Positions 31,120-41,830 of a stretch of DNA of 64,000 nt are shown here, one piece after another. The notes under the pieces are model-generated. The model saw only the letters and a program-made list of their open reading frames with translations. It did not search any database and was not told the DNA's origin. Position 1 is the stretch's first letter. Each line of letters begins with the position of its first letter. Source of the DNA: an uncultured Gammaproteobacteria bacterium (GTDB lineage Bacteria; Pseudomonadota; Gammaproteobacteria; JACCXJ01); assembly GCA_963764725.1 (NCBI GenBank), contig CAVXTM010000012.1, positions 32,001 to 96,000 on the forward strand, written 5' to 3'. Made by a program: the position numbers and the translations under genes.

Positions 31120-32421
31120 TCAAGACCGTAGCGCCTGCACGTAGCGCGCTAACAATTCCCGCCCTGCCCGCAATTCCTCGGCGTAGATCCGCTCGAACAC
31201 CGCCCTGTCAGGCACGTGTCCCTTCTTTATCGAGCTGAAATACGCGCACAGGGTTTTGCCCAGGGCATAGGTCACGCCGGCGGTGTAGACCGAGGCGACG
31301 GCGGGTCCATACGCCGGGATGAACTTAATCAGCTCCCTGCCGCCCCAGCGCAAGAGATAGCCCAGGCCCAGGGCGCTCACGATCTCTGCGTAACGCTGGT
31401 GCGTGAGCTCCTGATTATAGATAGAGGCAATGGCCTGCAGCATCTTCGCCTGCAGGGACAATACGAACGGGACGCTGACCATGGGGACCGGGATCGCTTC
31501 CAGACCTCCGGCGAGGAAGGCATAGGTGAGGATGTGGGGGTGGGCAGTCCGGGCATAGATGTCGCGGAGCTGTTCCACGTGTTCAGTGCTCTGGAACAGC
31601 GCCCGTAACCCCAAAGGCAGGGCAGCCTCGATCGCCGCCCATAGCGCGTCGAGCCCATAATGGACCGGCGCGTAGCCGTCTTCGGGCAAGGTGAAATCTA
31701 GCGCCACCAAAGCCGCGTCGATACCGGCAAACCACTCCCGCTGCTTACGGAGCGAGCGTGCAAGATCCTTGGGCACGGTCGGCGGCCAAGGAGCACGGGC
31801 ATAGGGATAGGGATCGAGATGTGGCGTAGCACGGTTGGGATAGCCTTCATGCAGAGTGGTCTGAACCACGATCACCGGCCACCCCGGGTGTTCCTTCAAA
31901 ATCGCCCGCAGGGCCCGTAACACCTCTTGTTGCGAGTGATCCATCGCTCTCATCACGACCATCAAGAGATGCGCCTGCTGCCCGAATAAACGCATGTCCT
32001 CGGTCGGGTCGTAATCGATCTCGCCCAGACCCCGGGTGTCCAGGAAGCGGACGAAACAGTGCGTTGTGTCTGGAAAGTCGTACAGACGCGCGGTACGCGT
32101 GCAGGGTTGAAAGCCGTTGCCGATGGCGGCATCGTCGCGGCCCGTGAGCGCCCGGATCAGGGCGCTCTTGCCCGCCTGGGCTTTGCCGAGCACCCAGATC
32201 ACCGGGACCGGCAGCGTCTGTTTGATCGCGTCGAGTTTTTCCGCTAGCTTTCTCTCGCTGATCTTGGGCGTGAAGATCGCCCTGCCCAGGGCATCGCGGA
32301 ACTCTTTGGCTCTCGCCATTGGCTGTTTCGTCGAATGTGCCTCGATGCGCGCCAGGGTGGCGCTGCCGATCCGCTTTGCGCTCAGGGCAGCCAAGATACG
32401 ACTGGACCTGTTAGCTGTCAA
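31120..32421 (-). CDS. P-loop GTPase with DUF697/YcjF-like C-terminus
   Basis: GKAQAGKS, GNGFQPCT, DTRG; IPVP..QAKML..IY; start uncertain. Confidence 0.85.
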   Translation of the reverse strand: MTANRSSRILAALSAKRIGSATLARIEAHSTKQPMARAKEFRDALGRAIFTPKISERKLAEKLDAIKQTLPVPVIWVLGKAQAGKSALIRALTGRDDAAIGNGFQPCTRTARLYDFPDTTHCFVRFLDTRGLGEIDYDPTEDMRLFGQQAHLLMVVMRAMDHSQQEVLRALRAILKEHPGWPVIVVQTTLHEGYPNRATPHLDPYPYARAPWPPTVPKDLARSLRKQREWFAGIDAALVALDFTLPEDGYAPVHYGLDALWAAIEAALPLGLRALFQSTEHVEQLRDIYARTAHPHILTYAFLAGGLEAIPVPMVSVPFVLSLQAKMLQAIASIYNQELTHQRYAEIVSALGLGYLLRWGGRELIKFIPAYGPAVASVYTAGVTYALGKTLCAYFSSIKKGHVPDRAVFERIYAEELRAGRELLARYVQALRS

Positions 32422-32497
32422 ACACGCGGCCCACGCCCAAGAAAGTCTGTTGCTCGTCGTCCATTGGCCTTGGCCTCGGCTGTCTCGAGCTCGCTTC

Positions 32498-32760
32498 TAA
32501 CCAATCTGTTCGTCCTCGCGCTTAGTCCGTTCCATCGCCTCGGGCTCCATCGTGGCATGCATGTTAAACCAGATAAAGAGGCCTCATCCCGCTAACAACA
32601 CAGTGACGGCGATGCCGATCGCCGAGGCTGCGGGTAGCTGCGCCGGGTCATCATGGACGAGCCCAAATACCGCAACCAAGAGCTCGATGATCAACGATCA
32701 TGAAGCGCGAGAGGAAGCGGCGCAATCGCGTGGGCGTGCTCGTGTGGGTCTTCTATGGAC
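32498..32760 (-). pseudogene. Membrane-protein remnant
   Basis: RLRRFLSRF..IIELLVAVF..LLAG*GLFIWFN with stop and frameshift. Confidence 0.4.
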
Positions 32761-32959
32761 ACTTTCGACCAAAGCCTAGGTGTGCGCCGCCGTTTGGCGG
32801 CATCCGGTGGTGCAGCTATCAGTAGACTCTCCTGTGGTAACTCGCGGGCGTCGACACCGGGCGCAACGTCGATGGTAGCAGTAAAACGCATGCGCGATCC
32901 CTGCGCCGATCTTGTCGAAACCGCATTTTGGAGGCTAACATCCGTGGTCGTTAGGAACG

Positions 32960-33426
32960 TCTCCTAGCCTCACCAGCCATCAGCGAAAGGACCAGCGCGC
33001 CGAATCCCACAAGATGAAAGACAAAATGGGCCGCGTGCCCGTACTCCCACCGGTCCCGCCAGCGTCCAATCGCTCGGGGGGACCGCGAGTGTCCATCCCC
33101 TTCATCTCGACGTTGGCGGGCTCGACAAACGCGAAATACGCGGCGAGGCCCGCAGCTAGAAACAATATGCCCAGCAGCGTCAGCCAGAAGGCGGGCCGGT
33201 GCTTGCGGACCAGAAACACGAGCACGCCGGGCAGCGAGGATTGCTCCGATCTCGATGAAAGGGCCGGGAAGGGCCCAAAAGCCGCATAAAGCGTGCGATG
33301 GAGGGTCAGGTACAGCGATGCGGGATACTCCATCTTGGCCGGCAGCTCCAACACATGGCAAAATGTCATCCTCACAAGGAGAGCAGTGAGAAGGCTCGTA
33401 ATGAACTGCCAGGCCTTCACAAGCAT
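32960..33426 (-). pseudogene. DUF1772-like membrane protein, frameshifted
   Basis: FCHVLELPAK, FVEPAN; other frame WRDRWEYGHAA. Confidence 0.7.
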
Positions 33427-33621
33427 ACCGACCCTCCGCAGCGTAACTCAAGCCCGATCCGCGCACCGAACTTCAAAGGCCTTGTCGAATCATTGCCGCA
33501 CATATCGCACCGCCCGAGACATCGAGCTAGGCGAGGTGTCTTGAGTTCAAAGCGTCGATGAGGCATCGGGCGCGAGCATGCCCTGGAACGAATGAGTGCG
33601 GGCTTTTATAAGCCTGTCAAA

Positions 33622-33657
33622 TAAACGATCTCCGCCGCGAGCGGCGGAGATCGTTTA
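33622..33657 (-). terminator. 17-bp perfect hairpin terminator
   Basis: TAAACGATCTCCGCCGC-ga-GCGGCGGAGATCGTTTA just after the 24-aa ORF. Confidence 0.8.
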
Positions 33658-33671
33658 CTACGCGCGAGGCT

Positions 33672-33746
33672 CTAGAAGACGCCTAGCAACGCCAGAATGA
33701 TAATGACGGTAAGTGGTACACCCAGAAGCCACAATATAATAGGCAT
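33672..33746 (-). CDS. 24-aa membrane peptide MPIILWLLGVPLTVIIILALLGVF
   Basis: GAGGAGG RBS, own promoter and terminator; paralog at 43130. Confidence 0.8.
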   Translation of the reverse strand: MPIILWLLGVPLTVIIILALLGVF

Positions 33747-33818
33747 TTTATCCTCCTCTTATGATAAACGATAGCTGCGCTTGTGCCTTCGGCCAAGCCG
33801 AGACAGAGTTAAGTTAGG

Positions 33819-33933
33819 TCATGTTGTGTGCCAAGAGCGACACCATGAAGGAGACAGCCAATTGTCTCGGGTGCCGGGCCGTGCGAAGGAGACTTGATCG
33901 GTAATAGTTGCCGCTTCGCGCGGAAAGTCTTGC
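33819..33933 (-). promoter_or_regulatory. sigma54-like promoter and tandem UAS
   Basis: TGGCACACAACATGA (33833-33819); GTAA-TAG-TTGC 33901, GAAA-GTC-TTGC 33923. Confidence 0.7.
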
Positions 33934-34104
33934 AAAAGGGCTATCTGTCCAGCTCCTGTCTCACGGGCTTGCGTGTAGAAATTCTCGAGACGGGCCCCTT
34001 CGGTTCATGCGGCCGACCCGTACGACCATGCCACCGGATAACTGCCGGCCGAAGGCCGGACATGAGCAACGTTGGTGCGAAACTGTAGGAGGTAGCCTCC
34101 ATAG

Positions 34105-34213
34105 GTAATTTTTACAGACTGGCCCGTCGAAATTTCCCGCTCTATGGGTTGTAGTAACCCTTTGATAACGCTTTGCTATCCTTTGCGGGCGATGTATCTG
34201 GTACGGTCGATGC
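34105..34213 (+). promoter_or_regulatory. UAS, IHF site and sigma54 promoter
   Basis: GTAA-TTT-TTAC 34105 with a weak second site at 34126; IHF TATCAAAGGGTTA (-, 34155-34167); TGGTACGGTCGATGC 34199. Confidence 0.78.
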
Positions 34214-34260
34214 TGAGCCCAGGTACGTTAGTTCGATTGACCTTAGTAGGAGGGTAGCAA

Positions 34261-34491
34261 ATGAACCGTACCAGAGCCGAAGAACGCGCCGAACGCAATC
34301 TCATAGAGTCCTTATGGTGGGCCCTGGCATTAGGGCTAACTGTTATTCTAGGCGCACAGATTTACAATAGCGTTTCCTGGGAAATCTACAAGGAGGCACA
34401 GGGATGTGAAGTTACGGAGTATCTAAGCGAATCGGATTGGAGAGACGCCTCAGCATGGTCATGCGCAGATGGCAGCACGCATTTTCGATAG
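34261..34491 (+). CDS. Small single-TM protein with two Cys
   Basis: AGGAGG RBS, downstream of a sigma54 promoter. Confidence 0.7.
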   Translation: MNRTRAEERAERNLIESLWWALALGLTVILGAQIYNSVSWEIYKEAQGCEVTEYLSESDWRDASAWSCADGSTHFR

Positions 34492-34599
34492 ATCGCGTTC
34501 CTACCGGGCGCGGGAGACTCTCCATGAGACCTGGTGCAATTTCCTGTATCGCCGAGTCCAAGACGCGAAGGGTTCCGTAGGAAGACCAGGTTCCACGGA

Positions 34600-36339
34600 A
34601 TGCGATACCTCGCTCTGGCGTGTGACTACGACGGCACCCTGGCTACAAACGGGCAAGTCGATGCAACAACGATAACGGCTTTAGAGCGCCTCCTTGCCTC
34701 AGGGCGGCGGTTGCTTCTGGTGACCGGCCGCGAGCTTGAGGATCTTGTGTCCGTGTTCCCTCGCCTCGATCTGTTCGATTGGGTGATCGCCGAGAACGGC
34801 GCTTTGCTATATCGACCTTCCACGCGTGAGGAGAAGCTTCTCGCGGGTAAACCGCCACAAGAGTTTGTCGGCGCACTTCATGAACGAGATGTGCCGTTGT
34901 CCGTCGGACGGGTGATCGTCGCCACGTTCGAACCGCACGAGACTACGGTACTTGAAGTGATTCGAGATCTCGGGCTCGATCTTCAGGTGATCTTCAACAA
35001 GGGCGCGGTGATGGTTTTGCCTTCGGGCGTGAACAAGGCTACCGGACTTGCCGCGGCGCTCGAGGAGCTGAAGATTTCACCGCATAACGTAGTGGGCGTG
35101 GGAGATGCCGAGAACGATCATGCGTTTTTGCGGCTCTGTGAGTGCTCGGCAGCCGTAGCAAACGCGTTACCGGCGGTTATGGATCACGCGGACTTCGTCA
35201 CCCGAGCGGATCGCAGTGCGGGTGCGCGCGAGCTGATCGATGAGATGTTGAAAGACGATTTGCGTAGCCTCGCAGGCAAGCTCACACGTCACTATTTCTA
35301 TCTTGGTTCGCGTCCCTCGGGCGAGGAGGTTCGTATCCCTCCATACGGCATAAATCTACTGGTGGCCGGATCGTCGGGAGGAGGAAAATCCACGCTGGCG
35401 ACCAGTTTACTGGAACGCTTCAGCGAAGGGGGCTATCAGTTCTGTGTCATCGATCCGGAGGGCGACTACGAGGATCCGGACCATGCACTCGTGCTAGGTA
35501 ATCGCCATGACGCACCGAGCGTCCATGAGGTGTTGCAGGTATTGGATGACCCGGCACGCAATGTCGCAGTCAAGTTAGTAGGCTTGCCGCTCGAAGAGCG
35601 ACCTCGGTTCTTCGGTGCATTGATTTCGCGCCTGCAGGATCTGCGCGCCCGCACCGGGCGGCCGCATTGGATCGTGGTGGACGAGACCCATCATGTACTG
35701 TCGGCGGGCTGGGAACCGGGCGAGATCACGCTGGCCAAGGGCTTTACCAGCATCGTGTTTATTACCGTCCATCCGAAATCGGTGACTCCCGCGGTGTTGA
35801 AATCGGTGGATCTCGTAATCGCGCTCGGTAAGGATCCGGCCGCGATGCTCAATGAGTTTGCGGAATGCGTCGGGGAAAGCCTGTCTGCCTCCGATTCCTT
35901 GGAGAGCGGCTCGGGACAGGCGTTGCTATGGCAACGGTATACAAGCGATGCGCCATTTCCGTTCCTCCCCGAGGAGAGCCGCGGCGAACGGCAACGGCAT
36001 CGCCGTAAATACGCCGAAGGTGACCTAGGGGAGCGTAGTTTCTATTTTCGAGGTGCACAAGGCGAGTTGAATCTACGCGCGCAGAATCTCATTCTCTTTA
36101 GTCAAGTCGCCGAGGGAGTCGATGACGCCACGTGGGTCTATCATCTGCGCAACGGCGATTACTCGCGCTGGTTTCGGGAAGTGCTCAAAAATCAAGATCT
36201 CGCCGCCGAGGTCGCACGTATCGAGCAGTCCGAGAAGTTGTCTCCCGGCGAGAGCCGCGCACAAATAAAGGGCATTATCGAGCAACATTACACCCTGCCT
36301 AGCTCGGCCGGCGCATCGGGCTCCGATAACACACCCTAA
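34600..36339 (+). CDS. HAD-IIB phosphatase fused to a P-loop ATPase domain
   Basis: DYDGT, VTGR, GDAEND; GSSGGGKS, IDPEGDY, VVDETH. Confidence 0.88.
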   Translation: MRYLALACDYDGTLATNGQVDATTITALERLLASGRRLLLVTGRELEDLVSVFPRLDLFDWVIAENGALLYRPSTREEKLLAGKPPQEFVGALHERDVPLSVGRVIVATFEPHETTVLEVIRDLGLDLQVIFNKGAVMVLPSGVNKATGLAAALEELKISPHNVVGVGDAENDHAFLRLCECSAAVANALPAVMDHADFVTRADRSAGARELIDEMLKDDLRSLAGKLTRHYFYLGSRPSGEEVRIPPYGINLLVAGSSGGGKSTLATSLLERFSEGGYQFCVIDPEGDYEDPDHALVLGNRHDAPSVHEVLQVLDDPARNVAVKLVGLPLEERPRFFGALISRLQDLRARTGRPHWIVVDETHHVLSAGWEPGEITLAKGFTSIVFITVHPKSVTPAVLKSVDLVIALGKDPAAMLNEFAECVGESLSASDSLESGSGQALLWQRYTSDAPFPFLPEESRGERQRHRRKYAEGDLGERSFYFRGAQGELNLRAQNLILFSQVAEGVDDATWVYHLRNGDYSRWFREVLKNQDLAAEVARIEQSEKLSPGESRAQIKGIIEQHYTLPSSAGASGSDNTP

Positions 36340-36554
36340 GTGGCGCTCGATCCGGATTCGGCTGGCGCTTCGCTAGGGGTGGTGTTTGCAGGGCTCGGGC
36401 CGCGAACCAGTAAAGCAGCGCCCACACCAGATCCGCCGATCATCGGCCAATACATCGCCGGATCGTGCATATCAAGATAGGTCCGGCTCAGTCCGATGAT
36501 ACCGGTCAACGCCAGCACAACACCAGGAAGTATAGCGCCGAGACCGTACCTCAC
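36336..36554 (-). pseudogene. PAP2 phosphatase C-terminal remnant
   Basis: IGLSRTYLDMH resembles SRxYLGxH. Confidence 0.45.
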
Positions 36555-36558
36555 CGCG

Positions 36559-36807
36559 GTAAAGATTACAAAGAAGTTGGTAAAACGTGCGTGGGGATAC
36601 CCGTGCCTCGCTGACTGTTCTTCACTAGTAACTCTTAGAGCAGCGTTTCCAAAATCGATAATCCCATCCTTCCAAGCTTAGACGAGGAAGGTACAAAATC
36701 ATAGACTTGTAGCTCTCACCTCAATCCACTTACAAGGGGAAGAAAATCCGCGGAGCGCCGATCGCCCAAGATGAGTGACCGCTGATGTAATATGGCATAT
36801 TGAGTGC
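36559..36807 (+). promoter_or_regulatory. Tandem UAS and sigma54 promoter for the GT4/glucosidase operon
   Basis: GTAA-AGA-TTAC 36559, GTAA-AAC-GTGC 36580; TGGCATATTGAGTGC 36793; spacing ~200 bp is atypical. Confidence 0.6.
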
Positions 36808-36940
36808 CCATACGCTTAGGGTGGAAGCCCGGACCGCCGACTCGGGATGACACGTTGACTTCCGTCACCCGCGAGATTGCGGCAAATCACTTTAAGTTAA
36901 TGTACCGGTACGGCATGCCCCGGCAGCTTAGGGAGGAAAC

Positions 36941-37991
36941 ATGAGGATAGCTCAAGTTGCACCGCTTTATGAGAGTGTCCCGCCGCAACTCTACGGGGGC
37001 ACGGAACGGGTAGTCGCATATTTGACCGATGAGTTAGTGCGGCAGGGACACGATGTTACACTGTTTGCGAGTGGTGACTCACAGACGCAAGCACGACTGC
37101 ATCCGATATGCAGGCGCGCGCTGCGTTTGACAGACTGCCGGGACGCGCTGGCTTATCACATGTTGCTGCTGGATCGGGTGGCTCGCGAGGCGACCAACTT
37201 CAACATTGTTCATTTCCATATCGACTACCTGCATTTTCCGCAGACGCGCCTGATGGACCTCCCCAACGTCACCACCTTACACGGTCGTTTGGACCTGCCG
37301 GATCTAGCCCCGATTTATCATGAGTTCAATGAGATGCCAGTGGTATCCATATCTAATGATCAACGCACGCCGCTGCCCTTTGCGAATTGGCAGGCGACCG
37401 TGTATCACGGGTTGCCCGCCGATTCTTACCGCTTGCATCCCGAGCCGGGCAAATACCTAGCTTTTCTAGGGCGTATCTCTCCGGAGAAGCGTGTTCGACC
37501 GGGCGATACGGATCGCACAGCGCGTTGGGATGGAGCTACGTATCGCGGCCAAGGTGGACAAAGTCGATGAAGCCTATTTCAAAGAATGCATTCAGCCCCT
37601 GCTTTCCGACCCTCTCGTCCAGTTTATCGGGGAGATAGGGGAAAAGGAGAAGAACGATTTCCTCGGCAACGCATACGCTTTATTGTTCCCCATCGACTGG
37701 CCGGAGCCTTTCGGCTTGGTGATGATCGAGGCGATGGCCTGCGGTACGCCGGTTATTGCGTACCGGCGCGGCTCCGTCAGCGAGATCGTGCGTCCCGGTG
37801 AGAGCGGGTACGTCGTCGATAATCTGGACGAAGCCGTGGCCGCGGTAGCAAGAGTCGATGCCGTGAATCGTCGACGCTGTCGCCAGGCATTCGAAGCACG
37901 TTTTTGCGCTTCTCGCATGGCCCGCGATTATCTTGCTGTCTACCGCGCTATAATTGACGCCGGCGTCCAGACACAACAACCGGCAGCATAA
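36941..37991 (+). pseudogene. GT4 glycosyltransferase, frameshifted near 37490
   Basis: MRIAQVAPL..YGGTERVV, FLGRISPEK; then EPFGLVMIEAMACGTPVIA in another frame. Confidence 0.9.
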
Positions 37992-38019
37992 AGCCGCCGC
38001 CGGGCACGGGTAGAAAACA

Positions 38020-40185
38020 GTGCCGGAACTAATTCAAGTCGAAGACAACTGGTACGTGCGTGCGACCTCCGCGCGCGCCGACGACCGCCCCCGCGTTCTC
38101 AAGAAGGGGGAAACCTTCGGGATCTTCGACCGGTCCGGCGATATTAGCGCGAACGGCCTCGGCGAGGAGGGGCTTTACCATCAAGGGACGCGTTTTCTGT
38201 CAGCCATGGAGCTGAAGATCAACGGCGCCCGGACTCTGGTGCTCAATTCGGCGGTGCGGGAGGACAATAGCCTTCTAATGGTCGACCTCACTACACCGGA
38301 TCTCTACGAAGCCGCGAAGCTTAGTATTCGCAAGGACACGCTGCACATTTTCCGGGCCAAGCTCTTGTGGGAGGGAGCGCAGTACGAACACATACGTCTG
38401 GTGAATTATGGCGATCAACCGATGAGTCTTAGGATAAGCGTCTTGTGCGAGGCGGACTACGCGGATATCTTCGAGGTTCGAGGTATTCGCCGAGCAGTCC
38501 GAGGAAGCTGCCTTCCTGCACGCCGGCTAGGCCGTGAGTTGCTGCTTGCATACCGCGGTTTGGACCATGTGTCGCGTCATACTCGGATCATCGCCAGCGT
38601 CGATCCAGATCCGGGCACCGGCGCTCGGCTGTATTTTTCGCTAGTGCTCGGCCCACGCGATGAACACGAGCTGTCTTTGACCGCGGTCTGCGAAATCGGC
38701 GAGCGAATCCAAAGTGCCCCGAGCTACGAGCGAATGATGGAGCGATGGAACGTGGCAGTGACGGCGAATACCGAGGCTATCGCCAAAGTTCTTACGTCGA
38801 ACGAGCCGTTGAATCAGTGGTTACAGCGCTCCTCGGCGGATCTGCACATGCTCACAACCGAGACACGGCATGGCCTTTATCCGCACGCGGGCGTACCGTG
38901 GTTCTGCACCGAGTTCGGACGCGACGGGATCATAACGGCATTACAATTCCTTTGGATGCAGCCCGAGCTCGCTCGCGGGGTCTTGAATTTTCTCGCTGCC
39001 GAGCAAGCCGATACCGAGGCGCCCGCCCAAGATGCCGAGCCCGGGAAGATCTTGCATGAAGCCCGGCGTGGCGAGATGGCTGCGCTCGATGAAATCCCGT
39101 TTCGCCGCTACTACGGCAGCGTAGATGCGACGCCCTTGTTCATTCTGCTGGCAGGAGCCTATTTCGACTTGACCGGCGATCGAACCTTCATAGAGAGTAT
39201 TTGGGCCAATATCGAATACGCCCTCGATTGGATTGACCATTACGGTGATACGGATCGCGACGGCTTCGTGGAGTATGCGCGCGAGAGCGTGAATGGTCTC
39301 GAGCACCAGGGTTGGAAGGACTCGGCGGATGCGGTGTTCCATGCGAACGGTCAGCCGGCGCGGCCGCCGATCGCTTTGTGCGAGGTGCAAGGATACGTGT
39401 TCGCGGCAAAGCAGGCGGCCGCCAAGCTGGCAGCGCTTCTCGGCGATCATCGGCGTGCGGAGATCCTTAGCGAGCAGGCCGAGCAGTTGAAGACACGCTT
39501 CAACGAGGTGTTTTGGTGCGCGGACATCCAGGACTTTGCCTTGGCATTGGACGGGGAGAAGCGTCCTTGTTGCGTACCGGCATCGAATGCCGGGCATGCG
39601 CTGTTCACCGGCATCGCTAGTACCGAACACGCCCAGAGCGTAGCGGAAATCCTGCTCGGTGAAGACTCGTTCAGCGGCTGGGGTGTGCGCACCATCGCCC
39701 AAAGTGCAGCGCGCTTCAATCCGATGTCCTATCACAACGGCTCGGTGTGGCCGCATGACAACGGCATCATCGCCATGGGGCTCGCCCGTTACGGATTCAA
39801 GGACCAGGCGCTCGCGATCTTCACCGGGCTGTTCCAAGCAAGTACTACCATGGATCTTTACCGTCTGCCCGAGCTTTTCTGCGGTTTTCCTCGTCGCCCC
39901 GGACAAGGCCCAACGCAATACCCGGTGGCGTGCTCTCCCCAGGCCTGGGCGAGCGGGGCTCCCTTCCATCTGCTACAGGCATTGCTGGGATTGACTTTCC
40001 ATGGGGAGAAGCCGCAATTGCGTATCTATCGTCCCTTGCTGCCCGACTATTTGGACTGGCTGCAAATTAAGAATATGCGAGTGGGAGATGCCGTCCTCGA
40101 TCTCGGTTTTAGCCGTCACGACCAGGATGTAGCCGTCAACGTATTGCGCAAGGAAGGCGACGTGGACGTGGCGGTCCTCGTTTAA
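38020..40185 (+). CDS. Amylo-alpha-1,6-glucosidase (glycogen-debranching-like)
   Basis: AGVPWF..FGRD, EPGKILHE, QGWKDS, SYHNGSVWPHD, ACSPQAWA. Confidence 0.93.
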   Translation: MPELIQVEDNWYVRATSARADDRPRVLKKGETFGIFDRSGDISANGLGEEGLYHQGTRFLSAMELKINGARTLVLNSAVREDNSLLMVDLTTPDLYEAAKLSIRKDTLHIFRAKLLWEGAQYEHIRLVNYGDQPMSLRISVLCEADYADIFEVRGIRRAVRGSCLPARRLGRELLLAYRGLDHVSRHTRIIASVDPDPGTGARLYFSLVLGPRDEHELSLTAVCEIGERIQSAPSYERMMERWNVAVTANTEAIAKVLTSNEPLNQWLQRSSADLHMLTTETRHGLYPHAGVPWFCTEFGRDGIITALQFLWMQPELARGVLNFLAAEQADTEAPAQDAEPGKILHEARRGEMAALDEIPFRRYYGSVDATPLFILLAGAYFDLTGDRTFIESIWANIEYALDWIDHYGDTDRDGFVEYARESVNGLEHQGWKDSADAVFHANGQPARPPIALCEVQGYVFAAKQAAAKLAALLGDHRRAEILSEQAEQLKTRFNEVFWCADIQDFALALDGEKRPCCVPASNAGHALFTGIASTEHAQSVAEILLGEDSFSGWGVRTIAQSAARFNPMSYHNGSVWPHDNGIIAMGLARYGFKDQALAIFTGLFQASTTMDLYRLPELFCGFPRRPGQGPTQYPVACSPQAWASGAPFHLLQALLGLTFHGEKPQLRIYRPLLPDYLDWLQIKNMRVGDAVLDLGFSRHDQDVAVNVLRKEGDVDVAVLV

Positions 40186-40278
40186 ACAGAAGGAGGTTCG
40201 GGTGACGGCCCGCCGTCCATCGTGGCCCGGACATTCACCGATATGCAAACCCTCAACTCCTCGAGATGTACCAAGCGT

Positions 40279-40391
40279 GTAAGAATTTCTGATCGACGGT
40301 AACAAATACCGATGGGCAGGGGTCGCCGAGGGGGCTCCACCCATTCCCTTTCAAGCAGCGGCGCCGGATCGCGCAATGGTACAAAGGTTGC
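40279..40391 (+). promoter_or_regulatory. Tandem UAS and sigma54 promoter
   Basis: GTAA-GAA-TTTC 40279, GTAA-CAA-ATAC 40299; TGGTACAAAGGTTGC 40377. Confidence 0.78.
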
Positions 40392-40437
40392 CCCGCCTCC
40401 AAACGACCAATTACATTCTTCTTCTATGGAGGCATCT

Positions 40438-40773
40438 ATGAATGAGACATTGCACCAATGTATCCAGGAATGCGTTAACTGCCACGGCATTTGTCTGAAT
40501 ACTATTACCTATTGTTTAGAGCAAGGCGGCCGGCACGCCGAGGGCGGCCATATCCGGCTGTTAACCGATTGCGCCGAGATCTGTCAGACCAGCGCGAACT
40601 TCATGCTTCGCGGCTCTTCCCTGCATGCCCGCACCTGCGCTGTGTGCGCCGAAATCTGCGCTCAGTGCGCCGCAGATTGCGGGCAGTTCAAGGACGATGC
40701 CCATATGCAGCGCTGTGCGGAAGCATGCCGACGCTGCGCCGAATCCTGCCGAGAAATGGCGGCGCATGGCTAA
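40438..40773 (+). CDS. Four-helix-bundle copper storage protein (Csp3/DUF326-like)
   Basis: GGAGG RBS; 16 Cys in CxxxCxxC repeats; no signal peptide. Confidence 0.9.
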   Translation: MNETLHQCIQECVNCHGICLNTITYCLEQGGRHAEGGHIRLLTDCAEICQTSANFMLRGSSLHARTCAVCAEICAQCAADCGQFKDDAHMQRCAEACRRCAESCREMAAHG

Positions 40774-40885
40774 TATTTTACACTTCGGTGGACGTTCAGC
40801 GTATAGGCGCGGATCGTGCCTGCGAGAGCGGTCCCCACTCAACGGATTAGATTATAGGTCCACCCTCCGCGATCCGGTTTAGTCG

Positions 40886-41434
40886 ATGAGCTGGGATACA
40901 GCAGTGAGTGTTTTCATGCAAGAACTGACTGTCGGACTACCGGACCCGGCCCAAACGATACGTGTAACGATGCGTCTCGGTGCTGCCATGCTCCTCGGTG
41001 CGATCGTCGGGATTCAACGCGAGCAGATAGGCAAAGCAGCAGGGCTGCGCACGCATATGCTGGTGGCCGTGGGCACAGCTCTATTCGTGATTGCCGCCCT
41101 GGAGGTCGGTATGTCCATGCGCGATTTATCACGGGTGATCCAAGGCATCGCCGCGGGCATCGGATTCATCGGGGCAGGAGCGATTCTTAAGCTTGCCGAA
41201 GAGCGCCAGATCCAAGGGCTGACGACGGCTGCCAGCATTTGGATGACGGCAGCGGTAGGGGTAGCGGCGGGCCTGGGCCGCGTGGGACTGGCGCTACTTA
41301 GTGCTGTTCTCGCCTGGACGATCCTCGCGGTTGTCGGAGCAATCGAACATCGAATCGAAAGGCGCGCAGCGAAAGCCGAAACCATGAACCGAACTGTATC
41401 GATAATAACTTGCTCCGGTGAGGCGAAACGGTGA
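40886..41434 (+). CDS. MgtC/SapB-family membrane protein
   Basis: AAGLRTHMLV, GIGFIGAG, GLTTAASIW. Confidence 0.93.
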   Translation: MSWDTAVSVFMQELTVGLPDPAQTIRVTMRLGAAMLLGAIVGIQREQIGKAAGLRTHMLVAVGTALFVIAALEVGMSMRDLSRVIQGIAAGIGFIGAGAILKLAEERQIQGLTTAASIWMTAAVGVAAGLGRVGLALLSAVLAWTILAVVGAIEHRIERRAAKAETMNRTVSIITCSGEAKR

Positions 41435-41494
41435 GCACGGAGCGTCTAATGCGGGTAGAATCAGCTTCATTGCGTATCCAACCATTGGATTACG

Positions 41495-41641
41495 ACCTCG
41501 ACCGTCGGTACCATGACAACGCGTACAGCTTTCCGTGACTGCGATAGGCGTTGATTCCGGATCGGGGGAACCCTCCGTCAGCGCAGCCTTGTTCTGAGCT
41601 CGAAGCTCATAAACTCCACGCCCACCACCGCCACTATCCAC
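41495..41641 (-). pseudogene. Cytochrome c remnant
   Basis: CTRCHGTDGRG heme-binding motif in a degenerate ORF. Confidence 0.5.
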
Positions 41642-41830
41642 CCGTAGCGACTATGGGCCGCTGAGCGAAAGTCAGCGCGACCGAGGGAAGGAATGTTGAG
41701 TAAATCACCGCCCCGAGCCGCCAACTATTATTACTAAGTCGCACAATCCATATGGCAGGCACGGCAGCGCGAGTGATGAGTATTAGTTGTCAATCAGTGC
41801 CTCTTAGCGCGGCGCACCGTGGTACGGTTT

